Source of the DNA: Geosiphon pyriformis uo1
Lineage: Eukaryota > Fungi > Glomeromycota
Direction of reading: 5' to 3'
Assembly (NCBI GenBank): GCA_016748015.1
Contig: JAAOMT010000309.1
Location: 219,266 to 283,265 of the forward strand
DNA length: 64,000 nucleotides
The notes below the pieces were generated by a model, which did not search any database, had not been told where the DNA came from, and saw only the letters and a program-made list of their open reading frames with translations. The first letter of the stretch is position 1, and every line of letters starts with the position of its first letter. Below, piece after piece: positions 49,340-63,661 of the stretch. The translations under genes were made by a program, and so were the position numbers.

Positions 49340-51630
49340 GGTTATAAATCTACAGAGACAGAGCACCCCCAAAAATACATAAAAGTAGCAACTATTAAAA
49401 CAATAGGAAAGGACCATTCTTTATACAGAAAAACACTATTTCAATACTTTCTAAAAGACTTAGGAATACCAGCAGAAACTACTTATGCAGAAAGTGATTT
49501 TTGTAACTATATCAACACAAAAATTGATTGCTTGTTAGGCTGCGCAACTGATACAGGAAGACTTGGAGAATAAATCCATCAAAGCTTACTAGGGTATTCA
49601 ACAGCCACAACTACCCGAGCAATCGCTGAAACTTTGCGCATAATTAATACAGACATTAAATATTACGTGGCACAATGATTCCCTCAAGTACAACAACCAA
49701 TGGAATCCGACCCTGAAGAATACGAAAACAAATCCAACAACCCCGTAACTGCCCAAGCCAAGTCTATGGTCAACAAGAAACTAAGGGTCCTCTTCCCAAC
49801 AACTCCATCATACCATCAGACACTCCAAAGTAGAATTGTATTCAACCCACCCCTGGAAACCCAGTCGGAAACATCACAAACTCCTAGAAATCCACACTCT
49901 TGGAATCAACACAGTTGGACCAAATCACTAGGAGAATATGGATTGCTGTTTGGAAATCTTACTCCAGCAGCCAGTCAAACAGAAGGAAATCCGTCAACTT
50001 AGGAACAGCCACCAGCACAAAACCTAGCAAAATCAGCATCTTCCCTGATAGAAAAAACAGCTATTTTACAACCTATTGGTTCAAGCGACAAAGGAAAGCA
50101 ACCAGCATTAGCACCCAGAAAACACTTGAATACATGGACACCAATTTCTTTAAACATAACCAGTAACACCCCACCCATTAACCGGATCATAGCTTACCTG
50201 AATATTGCTAAATTGGAAAAATTCTCTGGTGAAAAAGATAATGCATATTCTTGGATTGCGGACGCTGAGAAAGCAATTACCACTAATGGTTGGAACAACA
50301 ACTGCACAGTTCAGGCACTGCCGTTCTTTCTGATCAGAACTGCCAATTCATAGTACCAGAGCCTGACAGAGAAGCCTACCTCCTTTACCGAGTTTAAACT
50401 CGCATTTCTGCAATACTTCTGTGACCCCAATATGTTAATCCGATTGCAGAATCAATTCAGCATAATTAAACAAAAAAATCACGAAGCAGTAACTACTTAT
50501 TTTGGATGATTCAATCAAATCCTGCGTCAAATATTAACTATCAAAAGAGACTACTACACTACGGCACAAGTTCTTAATCAATTCATTAAAGGATTGCGAA
50601 GTAGTATTCTAAGATCCATAAGACCCCGCCATCCAACCAGTTTACAAGACGCCATCACTCTCGCTCGTGATTTTGAGTCTGCAAAACAAGAAGCAAACCA
50701 TACCCAAGCCGTTAATTTAGCCATTAATGGAACCTCTGACATCAATGCAAAGATAATCCAATTGAGTGAAAAACTAACTCAAAAAATTGAGGGATTCTTA
50801 GCCGGAACTACAGAAACTTACCAACCACCCCAACGGAGAGAAAATAACAACAACAGCAGATATCCACAGCAACAGAACTGTTAGCAACAGCAACAACTTT
50901 GGAGATCCAATCCCCACAACTGCTACTACTACCAGAAACCTGAACACATCACCCGTAACTGCAGAAGGAAGATTATGGACCAAAATCAAGAAAACTCATA
51001 TCAGCAATCCAGATATCAGCAAAACATGGTACCTCAATATTCTATATCTCAGAATCAACTGCTCCTATATGCACAACAAGTTTTGTACACTCAACCACCG
51101 CTCCAGAATTATTATCAACTACCACCAATGACACAAGCAATCCCTTACTATCAAACTTCCCCTTACAGCCCGTCCAGACCTTGAGCTATAGACTATAATC
51201 AAAGATAGAGGAATTCCAACAACAATCAGGTACAAACCAACAGTGGACTATCTCAACCAATCCCTTGCGGTCCTGTCTAATCTCAACCAACACCAATTGG
51301 ATACCTGAATCAAGCTTCCTATTTCGATCTTATAGAAGACCAGAGTTTTGATAAATCTACACTTGTAGAAAGGGGTGATATAAAACAAATTTTCCAACCT
51401 TCCAAGCAAACAAAAAGCAATATCCCATCAGCCACTATTACCAAAGACACCACCCTAGCCACCATATTTCCTTTTGACATCAATAATTTGAACACACATA
51501 GCCTTTTTAGTGGAGCAGCCATTAATCAAAATAAACCAATAATGGCCCTATACACTGATGCCAGAGTCGGAGGAATAGACATTAAATTAATCCTGGATAG
51601 CGGATCAGCTGGTAGCATAATCACGAAGCA
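49340..51630 (+). pseudogene. gag and N-terminal half of protease, copy 3
   Basis: IAKLEKFSGEKD, eroded knuckle CYYYQKPEHITRNC (~50921-50962), LILDSGSAGS. Confidence 0.9.
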
Positions 51631-52011
51631 TAACCATACTGAAACAATAGCTTTTGATTATGGCTATTAATGAGATACTAACTTGCAAAATCACCTTGGC
51701 TTATTTTTTTATTTTTTTTATTTTTTTTATTTTTCTATTGTTATTTTTTTTGTTGTTACTAAATTGATTAAAGATTAAGCACTAAAGTACTGATGTCAGA
51801 ATATAGAGACTGGTAAAAAACCCATGAAACAAGGGTAGAACACTCATAAATTTGAGGATAGCTTACTAAGAGAATTACTGGCCACCAAGCTGAGAAAGAA
51901 ATTTGATGAAATTGTGATTCCAAAAGGCTACTGAAACAACTATTAAATCTCTGCCCATTATACAAAAAACTCCAAAACAAAACCTTCAGATAAGCAAAAT
52001 CTTCAGATCAA
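51631..52011 (+). mobile_element. LTR fragment of the second gypsy family
   Basis: 51720-52011 is the reverse complement of ~47655-47950. Confidence 0.8.
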
Positions 52012-52061
52012 NNNNNNNNNNNNNNNNNNNNNNNNNNNNNNNNNNNNNNNNNNNNNNNNNN

Positions 52062-53239
52062 CAACTGTTAGCAAAATATTTTGTGATTAGATTAATGTAA
52101 ACATTATTATTCAGCAATAAATATATAAAATTATATACTTACTATCCACTTTATAATCACCTTATATGTATACACAAATTTAGGCATATCTAATCAGTCT
52201 TTTGGTAAAGAATAGCAATCAACTTTGAATAATATATATGCATCTAAAAAAAATATTCAAATATGTTAAAAAATTATGCCCACACTTAGTTTAAAGCATT
52301 ATATTACAATTCATATCATGAAAATTAAGCATTGTTAATGATACTTTAATGTTGTTATTAATCCATAAATTTGCAAATCAGCAAACAATTGATGTCAAGC
52401 ATTTGCTTTTCCAATAATAATATTATTGTAAAGACAAATTATGCTGATAACATTTTTTATATTATCTTTATTTTGCTTTTTTCTAGAAGCCTTAGATCTT
52501 GCTTTTTTATCACAAATCAGAGGATAATTGGTAACATTGTTTATATAGCCTATTTTATCTGCACAAATACATGATTTTTCTGTTTGTAAATGAATTTCAC
52601 CAATATAAAAATCATATAAACACATTGATTATTATGACCAGAAATACTTTTTACAATATTATAAATCAAATCAGTAAAACTACTAAATATAGTTTCTTTT
52701 CCCAAATATCCAAAGTGCTGTATTGATCATTGGATACACAAATTGATTTAGATAAAATTTCTCTAATGTTTTAAGGTTGTGCAAATGATTAAGAGCATTT
52801 AATCAAAATGCCTTGAAACTAAATACAATTAATAATAAATCAGTAAGTATTCATTAAGAACTTAATGTACTGTCATCTATATCTCTTTTAGTGAAAAAAC
52901 TTTCAAAAAATTCAAATAATACAGGTTTTATGTAAATATTGTTAAAGAATTGCTTGAAGAGTCAAAAAAACACAAGATCTATGAGGAACTGGAAAAAAAG
53001 TTATAAGATACTCAAGTCTAATGCTGAATTAATTGAGCTTAATAAAAACCTATAAATGTGGATCCATACATAATAAAAGAATATAAATTTTCTTTTGTAA
53101 GACTACTGATCAAATCGCCATCATGACGTCAGATGGCAGTGATCAGCAGTCTTACAAAAGAAAATTTATACGTGTGTTTTTGTTTTGGGATGGCAGTTTG
53201 GAAAATTATTTTATTTTCTTTCTTCTAACTCTCAATGAT
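52062..53239. repeat. Dispersed repeat family B copy, ending in the hairpin
   Basis: Matches 8377-8660 and 23545-24140. Confidence 0.8.
53082..53170. repeat. Hairpin, copy 2 (identical to 23983-24069)
   Basis: Same palindrome, extended by one terminal T/A pair. Confidence 0.95.
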
Positions 53240-53289
53240 NNNNNNNNNNNNNNNNNNNNNNNNNNNNNNNNNNNNNNNNNNNNNNNNNN

Positions 53290-55557
53290 ATGTCATTGAC
53301 TTCTGCTCCTTTTCTCTCAGCTGTTGATGATGTGGTCCATAATTTTAGCTCAAGTTTTTCCAAGGTTCTGACCTCCAAGATGGGTGGATTGGAATCAAAA
53401 ATGGTAGTTTTTGAGGTCTCAATCAGTTTAGTTTTAGAAAAGTTGGATTGTCTGTGTTTTGGTGCAGATTCTTCAGCTCTCCTTCCATCTCAATAAGTAG
53501 TTTGATGTGGAAAGTGGCTATGTGTAATGTCAAAAACATAAATAATCCTGCCAAACAGAAAGATATTGTTTGGTAGCATAAGAATATAGGCAACATAATC
53601 TCTGTAGTTACTAAGACAAAGTTGAAAGACAAAGTTTGTCCTTAGATTATGAATAAATTTGATGGTGTTCAGGTATTTACTTTTGGTTTAGAGTCTGGTT
53701 ATTTGGGTGCAAACATTACCATAATTATGAATGCTTCTTTAGCAAAGCACATGTGTAAAGTTTTTGAGGTGTCTGGTTGACTCATCTCTGTAAAATTGCT
53801 TTTTAAAAACAAACTTTCAGTGATGGTTTTGGGATTGTATGCAGATGCTACCTTGGAAAAGAGGCTGGCTTATTCTTACGTCATCAATTCAATAGTGGTT
53901 GAGGCTTTAAATGGCAGTACATTTGTTGTTCTTGGTGGTGACTTTAACAAAAATGATTTTGGTCACAGTGTGAGTTTCAGGAAAGGTCTGGATCTGAGTT
54001 TGTTTAATTTTTTACATGGTTTTCCTTCACACAGACTTTCCATATAGTCCAATTTGAAGGGTGTTAAAAAGTGCATAAACTTTATATTAGTTAGTAATGG
54101 TCTTCACAGTTCTTCTTTTAACCAAAGAGTTTACTGTTTAGCTGAATTTTTTGATTCTGACCACTTGGTTGTGTTAGTGGACATTGGTTTGGGGGGCCTC
54201 CTCAATTCTCAGCTTAATTCAATATGCAGACAGGCTGCAAAAAAAAAATGAAGATACAAAGTCAGTAATGTTAGTGATAAAATTTGGAAAAAGTTTGGAA
54301 ATACATTGTTGGCTGCTGCTTTAAAGACTGCTGATGATTTTGAATATCACACCACTAAAAATGATATCAATGGAATATGGACACTTCTCTGTCAGATGGT
54401 GTGCTCTACAGTGGAAGCTACTTTCGTGAAAACATAGTCCAGGAATAGCAGGTTGGTCAAGACTGCTGCATCTTCTAGATTTTATAAGTTGGAACTTTTG
54501 GTGGCAAAAATTTTGAATGCATACAAATCAGAGAATTTGGAAAGATTTCAGGCTTTGGTTAATAAATGGGTCGACTTGGACTTTGACCAAGCTGTTGAGT
54601 TCAGGAGTTTTTTGGGCAATAGTCATGACAGAGTGTTGGTTGAACAATCACTGGCGCATTTTAGGAAATTATATAGGTTTCACAAGTTTTTAGACTTTAA
54701 GGTTACTGAGGACTCATGGATCCAGATGGCCATTGATAAGTGCATAAAAGCTTTTGTCAACAACAAAAGTCAAATGATCAGAAGTGTGTTAGAGAAACCT
54801 TTCAAAAAAGTTACATTGGATCATTTGGTTGATGATAGAGATTTGGTTCTAGAGCCTGATTTGGTCAAGGGCAGGGTGGATTCAATTATGGAGAATTGAA
54901 CCAGGAAATGCACAGTTAAACCTTCTGTGCCTTCCCATTGACAAAAACAATTTTCTCCTTTCAATTATGTTGATAATAATGTGTTTTCTGGCATGATGAA
55001 TCAAATTGATTTTGATGAGTTCTCATTGGTGGTCAAGGATTTTCTTGATGGCAAAGCTGCTGGTTTGTTTGGTATCTCTAATGAGATGTGGAAACACTAT
55101 AATGAATCTGTTCTGGTTTATTTTTTGCATCTGCTCAACTTGTGCTTGGTGCATAAATCTATTCTAGATGCCTAAAGAGAAGCCTGGGTATCCATGATTC
55201 CGAAACCTTATGAGTAGGAAGAGGTTCTGACAAATACCAGACTTATTGCTTTCATTGAAACTTCTAGGAAAATTCTTTCAAAGATTTTATCTGATCACAT
55301 TTTAAGAGCCTGCAGTATACACAATGTTCTGCATAAAGACAATTTTTCAGTGTTGAAAGGCACTTCTACTTAATTCTCTATCTTTGTTGTAGGTTTTGTT
55401 GTGGAAGATGCTTTGGAAAAAAACAGAAAACTCTGGTTGGTACTTCAGGACATGCGCAAAGCTTATGATTCAGTAAGCTGATTGTATTTGAAAAGTAGTC
55501 TAGAAAGAATCAAAATGTGTGAAAAGTTTGTCAAGTTTTTTGGTCATATTCACAATG
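53290..55557 (+). mobile_element. Divergent LINE subfamily fragment (end of ORF1, APE, first half of RT); 3'-truncated, no poly(A)
   Basis: WKVAMCNV, GGDFN, DSDH, GKAAG, QDMRKAYDSV; homologous to but clearly diverged from the LINE at 1668. Confidence 0.9.
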
Positions 55558-58500
55558 GCTCATAGACCAACTAGGTCGCCAAGTAGACCATGCCACTACC
55601 ACCTGGATCATTACAGCAGATGGGAACACAAAAACCCCAATAGGAGAAATTGACAACTTCTCTTTCGAGATTCATGGAATCTAAATTCCTACCAAAGTAC
55701 TCATCATGGAAGCTACTCAATATCAAGCTCTAGTAGGAAACGACTGGTTGTCAAAAGTCAATGCTACTCTTGACTGGAACACCCAAGAACTTCAACTCAC
55801 GTTCAATGGACAGTATGCTCGAGTTTCAGCTACATGCAGACACTTTAAAAACCAATGTACTGAGGAACCCCTTATTGAATTCAAAAACACATCAATGCCA
55901 CCAACCATTGAGACCTATCAAGTTTTATGGGCAGATGATTATCGAACTGAACTACCTCCACCACCAACTTGGAAAGAAAGAGGAAAAGGCAGAGCCAAAG
56001 AAGAACTCCAATTGTCATCACTAAGATATGTAACTTTGGACCAAAGAAACTTATTTTACCAACTCCCAAGACTAATATGTGTCAATTGTGGGAAAAAACT
56101 ATCCACTATGGGCACATGTATTGGGGACAATGAAGAATGGCCCACCACCACCAAATACTATTGCAGGCCTTGTTTACTGGAAAGATTTGGATGACCAAAA
56201 TGACAAGGCAAGTGGGACCACACACCGTGCCTCACATGTAGCGAAATCCTGCCAGATAAAGGACTCTGGAATGATGTGTCTGGCAGAGGAGAAACATGTG
56301 ACGAGGCTTGTCAATACACCATATTAATCAACAATTGGATATGAAAGGGAACCCTCATTGAGGACACTTGGAAACAAACACTCAACAGGCTAGACAGTTA
56401 TTCACACAATGACCACAAAATCTAAAGAATGGCAAGCACCAAGGCCAAAGGCACCACACTCGAAGAAATACGAGAAATTAAGGACAACCCTTGGACGCCC
56501 GAATATACTAGACCCGACTACTCTGAGGATGATTTCTTCACAGATGACCCAGATGCATTTCAGAACTGATATCAGGAATTGGCCCCAACTCGCGAGGAAC
56601 AGGAGCAAAGATTGGCCAATTTGAATACCAAACTATGCGATCACTGTTTGATCCCCTGTCACTTCCAGTACTGTGATGAATGTGATCTCATGTTCAATCT
56701 GCCTCCAAGAATACTGTTTCCTATCACCGAACTACCTGAATCCGAAAAAGAGGTATTGATCACCAAGAACATGTTGTTTCAAGATCCAACTGAGGATACC
56801 AAAACAGAACAGTATCTCATGTATCCCAACCTCTCCAAAGAACTAAAGCTAAAATGGTACAGTGACAACGAGGAAGAAATCTGCCCCGAAAGAGCACATG
56901 ACACTGATGCCAGTTTTGATCTACGATACCCCAGACAATCACCCATCATTATAGCCCCACATTCCCTTGTAAAAATAGATCTTAAGATAGCATTAGAAAT
57001 TCCTGTTAGTACAATAGTACAAGTTGCCTTTCGATCTAGTCTAGCCAAGAAAAAAATCAACATAAAAGAAGAAATCATCGATGCCAGTTACACGGAAAAC
57101 ATCATTGTAATGCTATAGAACAATTCGAACAGACCCTACAAAATAGAATCACAAGAAAAGATTGCCCAAGCTATCTTCTTACCCCTAGTCAAAATACCCC
57201 AATTAACCCTGATAACAACCTGAAAAGAGTTAGGCCTCACTGCCCGAGGAATCAATGAGTTTAGATTAAGTGGAAGAGGAAACATACCAGTTAATTTCAC
57301 GGAAGAAGACAGTAACCAGGTAGAATTTATCCACACCGATACTGTCATCTCCATTCCCTCATACCGACAATACATCCTCAAGGTGAATTGAAAGATCCAA
57401 GATCAAGTCTTATTATTTGAAGCCAGTCCCGAAATCTGTTTCTTAGCTGATGTTGCTAATCTATACCTACCGGCCAAAGCTCATAAACACTTCAAAATCT
57501 CCATCTACAACCCGACAGAAGATGTCATTGAAATCTCCAAAGGGATCCTCGTTGGTTCCATATCCGCAGATAGTCAGAATCCTGAAAAACCCCAGTTCAT
57601 TCCAGATTTTGCTCAATTATTTTTATTCTGTGACATTACTTCACAAGTATGGAATTTGCCAAAAGAAAGTTACTTGTTCACACCAGAAGAGATCAATAAA
57701 TTGAATTTAGGAAATTTAAGTACCCTGTAACAAATGCAACTCAAAGTCCTTCTGAATCAGTATGCCGATGTTTTTGCCAGCGAAAATAAGTTCGGACCCA
57801 CTGACATTGTGAAGCATCAGATTGATACAGGAGATGCTCGACTAATTAAGCAATGAGCTTACTGTGTACTTCCATCTGGCGATAACTTAATTAAGCAAGA
57901 AGTGCAATGGATGCTTGATAACGGCCTAATCAAAGAATTATTAAGCCCTTGGTCCTCGCCAGTAGTCTTAGTTACCAAGAAAAACAGAAAAGTGCGATTC
58001 TGCATAGATTATCAAAAACTAAATAGTGTCACATGAAGAGATAGTTATCCCACTTCCCTCATCTAGAAAATTTTGAACAATCTAAGGAAAAAGAAATGGT
58101 TCTTGTTATTAGATTTAGCAAGTGGTTACTGGCAAGTTAAAATGGATTCCAAAGACAAAGAAAAAACAGCATTTACTACTCGAGACGGAAACTTCGAGTT
58201 TAATGTAATGCCTTTTGGACTTTGTAATGCTCCTGCCATGTTTCAACACCTGATGGATGTAGTATACAAAGGAATTCTTTGGAAATCAGTAGTAGTCTAT
58301 CTAGACGACACAAACATGTTCTCTGAAACATTTGAAGATCATCTGCTCTACCTGCAACAAGTCTTCGAATGCTTTTGTAGTGCCGAATTGAAACTCAATT
58401 TTGAGAAGTGCTTCTTTGGAAAAACTGAGTTAAAATTCCTAGGACATGTAATCGGCAAAGATGGAGTTAAACCCGATCCAGATAAAGTACAAAAAGTCAA

Positions 58501-60453
58501 GGATTTTCCAGCCCTAATCAACCTCAGAGAATTATGAGAATTTCTAGGATTAGCAGGATATTATTGTCGATTTGTCATAGGTTTCTCGAACATCACAAAA
58601 CCACTCCATCAATTGTTGTCTAAATACATACCATACTTGTGGAAAGAAGATCAACAGAGAGCATTTGACTATTTCAAGCAGCGATTGATCACATCCCCAA
58701 TCCTAATTTACCCAGATTTTACTAAATAGTTTATTGTCGCTACGGACGTCTCGAAAAATGCTCTAGGAGCAGTCTTATCACAGATAGGACCAGACAATAG
58801 AGAACACCTAGTTGCCTACACTAGTCGCAGCACTAGCCCAGCAGAAAAGAATTACAGCACAACAGATCTAGAATGTCTCGCCATTTATTGGGCCATACAG
58901 ACTTAGAAACATTACCTCAGTCAACCATTTGACCTATATACCGACCACAAAGAACTTATTTGGTTACTTAACAATCCACAACTAGAAAAAAAATATGCGA
59001 GATGAAGTACTTATCTGCAACAATTCTTACTCAAAGTCCATTACAAGGAAGGATCCAAGAACACCACAAACCTAATCCCAGACCCATAGACACACTCACT
59101 TATCAATGACTACATCAGTATCTATCGACACTAAGTTTTAAGGAGATATTATCTCAACAGAAACAGAGTACCATATAAAAACAAGCCCAAAATTATTTTA
59201 TTTAAGACAACCAACTATATTGATGAGAATGCCAAAACCACTCCAACTCACAACGACTAATCACAGACAGTGAAAGAGAAACTATACTATATAGTGTGCA
59301 CTCAGATCCGACTGTAGAACATTTTAACAAAAACGCTACCCTTGAAAGAACACTAAACTTATACTATTGGCCAATGATGCACAAAGACATTTTCGAATAC
59401 GTGCTCAATTGTGACGCATGCCAGTGAAAAGGAAGAGCAAGATCAACAGAACCACTTCGACCCATTCCAATTGGAAATCCATTTGATAGAATTGGGATCA
59501 ATTTGGTTGGACCTTTTTCAATTACATCTCATGAAAATTACTATATTGCTGTAGCCATAAACTATCTTACAAAATGGCCAGAAGCCAGAGCAATTCAAGT
59601 GGCCAATGCCAAAACAGTTGCCGAATTTGTGCATCAAGACCTAATTTGCTGACATAAATGTCCGAAAGAATTATTATCTGATCAGGAAACACACTTTGTT
59701 AATAATATGCTGACTGAACTAAGCCAATGGTTTGGAATAAAGAGACCCTCATCATTACCATACCACCCACAAACAAACGGACTGGTAGAATGATTTAACA
59801 GAACACTGTGCAAAGCACTAGCAAAAATAAGTCATGAAAACAGACAAGAATTGGACTTATTCATATCTTCTGTACTCTTTGCATACCAAACATTGAAACA
59901 AAATATGACTCAGTTCACACCATTCGAACTAGTCTATGGAAGAAAAGCTACGTTACTGATTGAACGAGTGATACTGTCATACCAAACAGAAACAATCAAT
60001 GAAGAAAATTTTGAGGCTACCTTACACCAAAGAACATATTAGCTAATGGAAACGTTGAAAAACAATCGAAGAACAGCAGCTGGCAATATTAGTTATGCTC
60101 AAGAATGACAAAAAGAAAGACATGATAAACACCTATTAGAACAACCAATGGAATTCAAGATTGGAGACCAAGTACTGTTACATCGTACAAAAACTGAGAA
60201 ACAGTGGAGTGGAAAGTTTGACCCAAAATGGGACGGTCCATTCCACATACATGAAGCATTAGGAAATGGAGCTTACAAATTACAATTGGAAGACAGAATT
60301 TTAAAGAAAGTAGCGCATGAAAATCGGTTAAAAATTTATCATGTAAAACAGGAATCATTGTTATCAGTAACTCAACTAGGAACACAAATTTCATTAATCA
60401 AACCAGAAGATATACCACGAGATCTGGAACCAATTATCGTCATCAAAATGTAG
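55558..60453 (+). pseudogene. pol remainder, copy 3 (protease C-half, Cys-rich region, dUTPase ~56850-57282, RT, RNase H, integrase with GPY/F; no chromodomain seen)
   Basis: ALVGNDWL; DASFDL..FRSSLAKK..IIDASY..EKIAQAI; YLDD; ATDVS; PYHPQTNGLVE; WDGPF. Confidence 0.93.
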
Positions 60454-60533
60454 ACAATAGACAACAAATTAAATTGGGGAATTCAAATATATATAGCATC
60501 CGAAAAACAGCAAGAAACAATAGAAATTTCAAC

Positions 60534-61265
60534 ATGAACCTTTCAGATCAAATTTTAAAATTATCTAAACAATTATTTGAAACAATTCAAAAATTGACAT
60601 CTCAAATAAAAATAACAATTGATAAAAAAGAGATATGGTACAAAGATAAAAGCAGGAGAGGAGAGAACGAAAGTTCAATTAGAACTAAACATTCCCTTCC
60701 CTACTCACCACTCGAAAGGCAATGTGGGAGGAAAAATTGCCTTTGGGCAGGGGGTGAAAAAGAAGGCAAAGAATGAGAAAAAGGTTACAAAAGAAGATAC
60801 TTGGTCCTTGAGCTTGAAGAAATAAAAGAAGCTTTAGCTCGTGGGACCAAACTCCCTGAAACAGGGGAGTGAACACTTGACAATGCCCAGAAATAGAAAG
60901 AAAGACTTTCTCCAGCTTATTGGTTCTACAAAATTGGAGAACAACTTGACTTGAAAACACCATACAAAGACCTCAGCCAGAAAACATTCAACAAAGAAGC
61001 AATACAACAAGTAGAAAAATTCATAGAGAAAAACAACTTGACCCTACATTACAAAGCAGCATACCAACTATATGCTGCCTTCCAACATTGTCCAAACGTA
61101 CTATTGAACGGATCTATAAAAACTATAACAGTTAACAGCATAGAATGAATAACCAATCAACAGTTCGAAGACCTACAAAAGACAATACTCGAGACAACAA
61201 TCAAACATTACACAAATAAAGCCACGATAACAGATACATATGGTTTTGCAGGAGCTCAATTTTAA
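60534..61265 (+). pseudogene. ORF3, copy 3
   Basis: ORFs 60474-60776 and 60951-61148 are in the same frame; the frame ends TTT TAA at the PPT. Confidence 0.7.
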
Positions 61266-61911
61266 AAAGAGAGAAATAATGTTACCCAAGTAGAAAAACT
61301 GATCCAAAGTTATGAAGAAACATGACCAAAATGTGACATAACACAGAATAACACGCAATAGTGTTGGATAACATGTTATAATGCAAGATAACACAGAATA
61401 GTGTGCAATAACATAGGATAATGTGTTATAACGCAGGATAACACAGAATAACATGTAATAACGTTAGATAACGTGTTATAACATAGGATAACTAGTGATA
61501 ATATAGAAAAACAAAGCAATAACAGAAACAACAAAGCAATAGCTAGCAATAGCGAGACAATTGAAAACAATTCTGTAAAACCAAAAAAATGTATAAAAGC
61601 AAGTAGTTATAGAAGTGAGAAAAGACAGAGAAGAAAAAATAGATACGAACCTCTAGACCAAAAATTAAAATATCTATACTCCTTCATCCTTTATTATCTT
61701 CCCTATTTCATCTCCTGAAATAAACCAATTATTAAAAGAAATCAGAATCACAAATTCATGTTCTCAAACTTTGTGAAATTTATGTGAATTAACCCTTGTC
61801 TTGTACCTTCATTCTAGAACAGATGCTCTTAGCATAACTGCCTCGAACCTATTAACAATTTGGACCAATTGCTCTTGATCATGGCAATTGACAATACTAA
61901 TTTATCTTTTC

Positions 61912-61945
<34 letters not shown>

Positions 61946-62959
61946 CTTTTTCTGTCTTATTTTTTGTGGAGCAGCAACATAGTAAAATTGACTGTCTGGG
62001 AATAGACTTCGTGATAGTCTGGTAAAAGAGGGAAGCTCCCCCTAAGTTTTGGATATTAACATTATTTTGTTAGCTTACCAGAAGGGCAAAAAGACAATGC
62101 CAGACCCTAATGACTGCACTTGTTAGTTCAGAGAAGAAAGCTCAAATTTATGAAAAATGTTGCAATCGACGAAAGACAAATTCTGTGTCTTATAACCAAA
62201 AAACTCAATGGATAAAATTCACATCCAGGAATAAACCTTCAGAGACTGATAATTAAGACTAAGCCAACAAAATTACGCGGAAGACACATTATTAATAATT
62301 GAGAGCACCAAACGTTACTATTTCCCATATCCACCAAGTTTATTTGTAACACCAGCAATATACTAATATTGTAGTATTTGCTGTGAAATTATCACTAGAT
62401 GTAGATTATAGAAAAGACTAAATATGGAATGTACTAACCTGTGATAAAACTTTCAATACTCTCATTTTTTATTCAAAATCAGTTATTTTTGTTAATAAGG
62501 AATTTACTACATGTTTTGCTAGGTCTTTAACAAGAAATAGTGGTTATAAAGCTGTTTCTTTTTTTTTAGATAAATGACAGTAGCAGAACATATAGCATTA
62601 AGAAAACTTTCCAAAAAAAGTTTGACATGTTAATAATGAATAGTTTGTCAAAATAATACAAGTAAAAATAAAGCAACAAAGATACATAACATAAATATAC
62701 TGTTTTTTTAAAATGTTTCTCTTCACCCATTTTAGATATAAAAACTTGATCCAATTCAGCAAACTTTATCATAGCCTNNNNNNNNNNNNNNNNNNNNNNN
62801 NNNNNNNNNNNNNNNNNNNNNNNNNNNAATATCAGTTTCTATTAGTAGTGTTGCCATACATCCATAAAGCAGATAAAAAGATTCATAACTTGTTATGTCA
62901 TAATTTACAGTTCTATAAGCAAACAAAGCTGAAGGCAGTACTTTGTTCTATAGGTTTGT

Positions 62960-63611
62960 TTCTTTACTGGTTTTGGCTAGAGTTTCACATAGTGTTCTAT
63001 TAAAACGTTCTACTAGGTCATTTGTTTGGGAGTAATAAAATGAAAAAAGTTTATAACATATTCCTATTTTTTTATAAAGTTCTTCAATCAGTATACTGAG
63101 AAAAGCTCTTTTTCTATCAGATAAAAGTTCTTTGAAGCAGCCATAATGGCAAATAATATCTTTATAAATGAAATTGGCTATTGAGACTACTGTTTAGTCA
63201 GGAGTGACTTTTGCTTCTACTCACTTTGTAAGATAGTCAATAACTGTGATAATATATTTTTTGCCATCAGGAGTTATTGTTAAAAATCCAACAACATCTA
63301 TATCTATTCTGTTAAATGGTTGACCAACAGAAATTGGATAAATATTTTCTTTGCAATTGGATTTGTTTTTTCTTTGGTAGATGTTACAGGTTTTGATGTA
63401 TTCAGCAATGTTCTTTTCCAAGATAGGCCAATAATAATGAGCTAAAGTTTTCTGAATTGTCTTTGTTTTTCCAAAGTGTTTAGCTAATGGGTCAGTATGC
63501 ATGTTATATATTACAATTTTTTTTTTTTCAAATCTGATAACTCTTTGGGAGTGGTTAGAATTTTTTCTATTTTTTTTATATAACTGGTTCTGGTGAATCA
63601 AATAGAAATTT
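62960..63611 (-). pseudogene. Integrase fragment of another gypsy family
   Basis: HTDPLAKHFG..YYWP..CNIYQR..PFNRIDIDVVG..IDYLTK. Confidence 0.85.
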
Positions 63612-63661
63612 NNNNNNNNNNNNNNNNNNNNNNNNNNNNNNNNNNNNNNNNNNNNNNNNNN

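Larger units (their letters stand above)
48241..62351 (+). mobile_element. Ty3/gypsy element copy 3, inverted (5' LTR 48241-49322, 3' LTR 61280-62351, TSD CCAG 48237-48240 / 62352-62355), interrupted at 51631-55557
   Basis: Reverse complement of copies 1 and 2 with the same flanks; PBS 49325-49341; PPT 61264-61279. Confidence 0.95.
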
